Below, piece after piece: positions 6,996 to 7,724 of a DNA stretch of 7,724 nt (its first letter is position 1; each line of letters opens with the position of its first letter). The notes under the pieces were generated by a model. That model searched no databases and was not told the DNA's origin. It was given only the letters and a program-made list of their open reading frames with translations. The DNA is from Paraspadella gotoi. Lineage: Eukaryota; Animalia; Chaetognatha. The stretch is taken from positions 1 through 7,724 of the forward strand of contig JBJCIZ010001224.1 of NCBI GenBank assembly GCA_051294375.1. Direction: 5' to 3'. Made by a program: the position numbers and the translations under genes.

Positions 6996-7724
6996 TAATT
7001 AAAATCGTTGTAAAATTTCAAAATTCTTGCTCTCTCTTAGAATAAGTATTTATAAGGCTTAAAAATTTTTTAAAATACAAAAAATTTTAAATTTTTAAGA
7101 TTAGATTTGGGATTCCTTGAAAAGTTAATCTATATGAAAGTATAATTCTTTTTTAAAAATCTCTTTCATAAGTTGGTCAAAAAGCTAAAATACTAATATT
7201 CTAAGATGCCGATTTTAAATGTTTTTGAGCTTAAAAATATAGTATTTTATAATTTTAACCTACTTAATGACATAATTTTTGAAAAAGATTTATATTTTCT
7301 TTTAAGCAAAACTTTTAATAAGGGAATTAGATCTGTTTCTCAGAATTTAAAAAAAAACATTTTGAAATTTTGACATATATATAAGGGTAGTACTATTACA
7401 AAATAAGCTGACTGGGCTACTGTATTTATAAAAAAACGCAAAAATAACTATAGATTAGTATTCACTATAAAATAGTTTTCAAGATATAACTCGTAAATAT
7501 TTTGATTCAAATTTTCACTTCACCTAACATTTGTATTTCATGTATAATATCCAGAGCCAAACTAAAAAAACAAAACTGCCTGTTTGCGTGTTGCTACACA
7601 AACCTTGTCCCTTAAGCTTAAACAGAAAACTACATATTGGTATTTAAAAACATTTTTTAAATCTGAGTTTTAAGTATTTTGTTGTACGCGACGGCAACCA
7701 TTGAAATACCGGGCTCTCGTTTCT

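Noticed and set aside
6694-7002. 102-aa plus-strand ORF rich in L/S/F
   Set aside because: TTG start and a direct product of the (CT)n repeats.
7598-7614. ...GTCCCTTAA resembling the right end of a TTAA-targeting MITE
   Set aside because: No matching left terminal inverted repeat found in the window.

Overview
Eukaryotic, probably invertebrate genomic DNA. The short 45-60 nt GT-AG introns and AT-rich intergenic DNA look nematode-like, but the taxon cannot be established from sequence alone. I see no prokaryotic operon, CRISPR array or rRNA. The left part holds a spliced minus-strand gene for a multi-pass membrane protein of unknown family. Its terminal exon is 210-1046 and my best model, 1713-1614/1562-1519/1473-1375/1046-210, gives 359 aa; the 5' end is uncertain. 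The right part is a patchwork of small non-autonomous mobile elements: (i) a Helentron-associated HINE/DINE-1-like element at about 4521-5168 (minus); (ii) two adjacent, highly structured SINE-like units at about 5711-5912 and 5914-6232 (minus), with tRNA-like heads and a shared 3' motif TRGTSACTAAA followed by an A/C-rich tail; (iii) a minimal type I hammerhead ribozyme motif of the Penelope-like-element kind at 6946-6995 (plus), downstream of CT-rich repeats. All calls come from reading by eye; no database search or folding computation was run.
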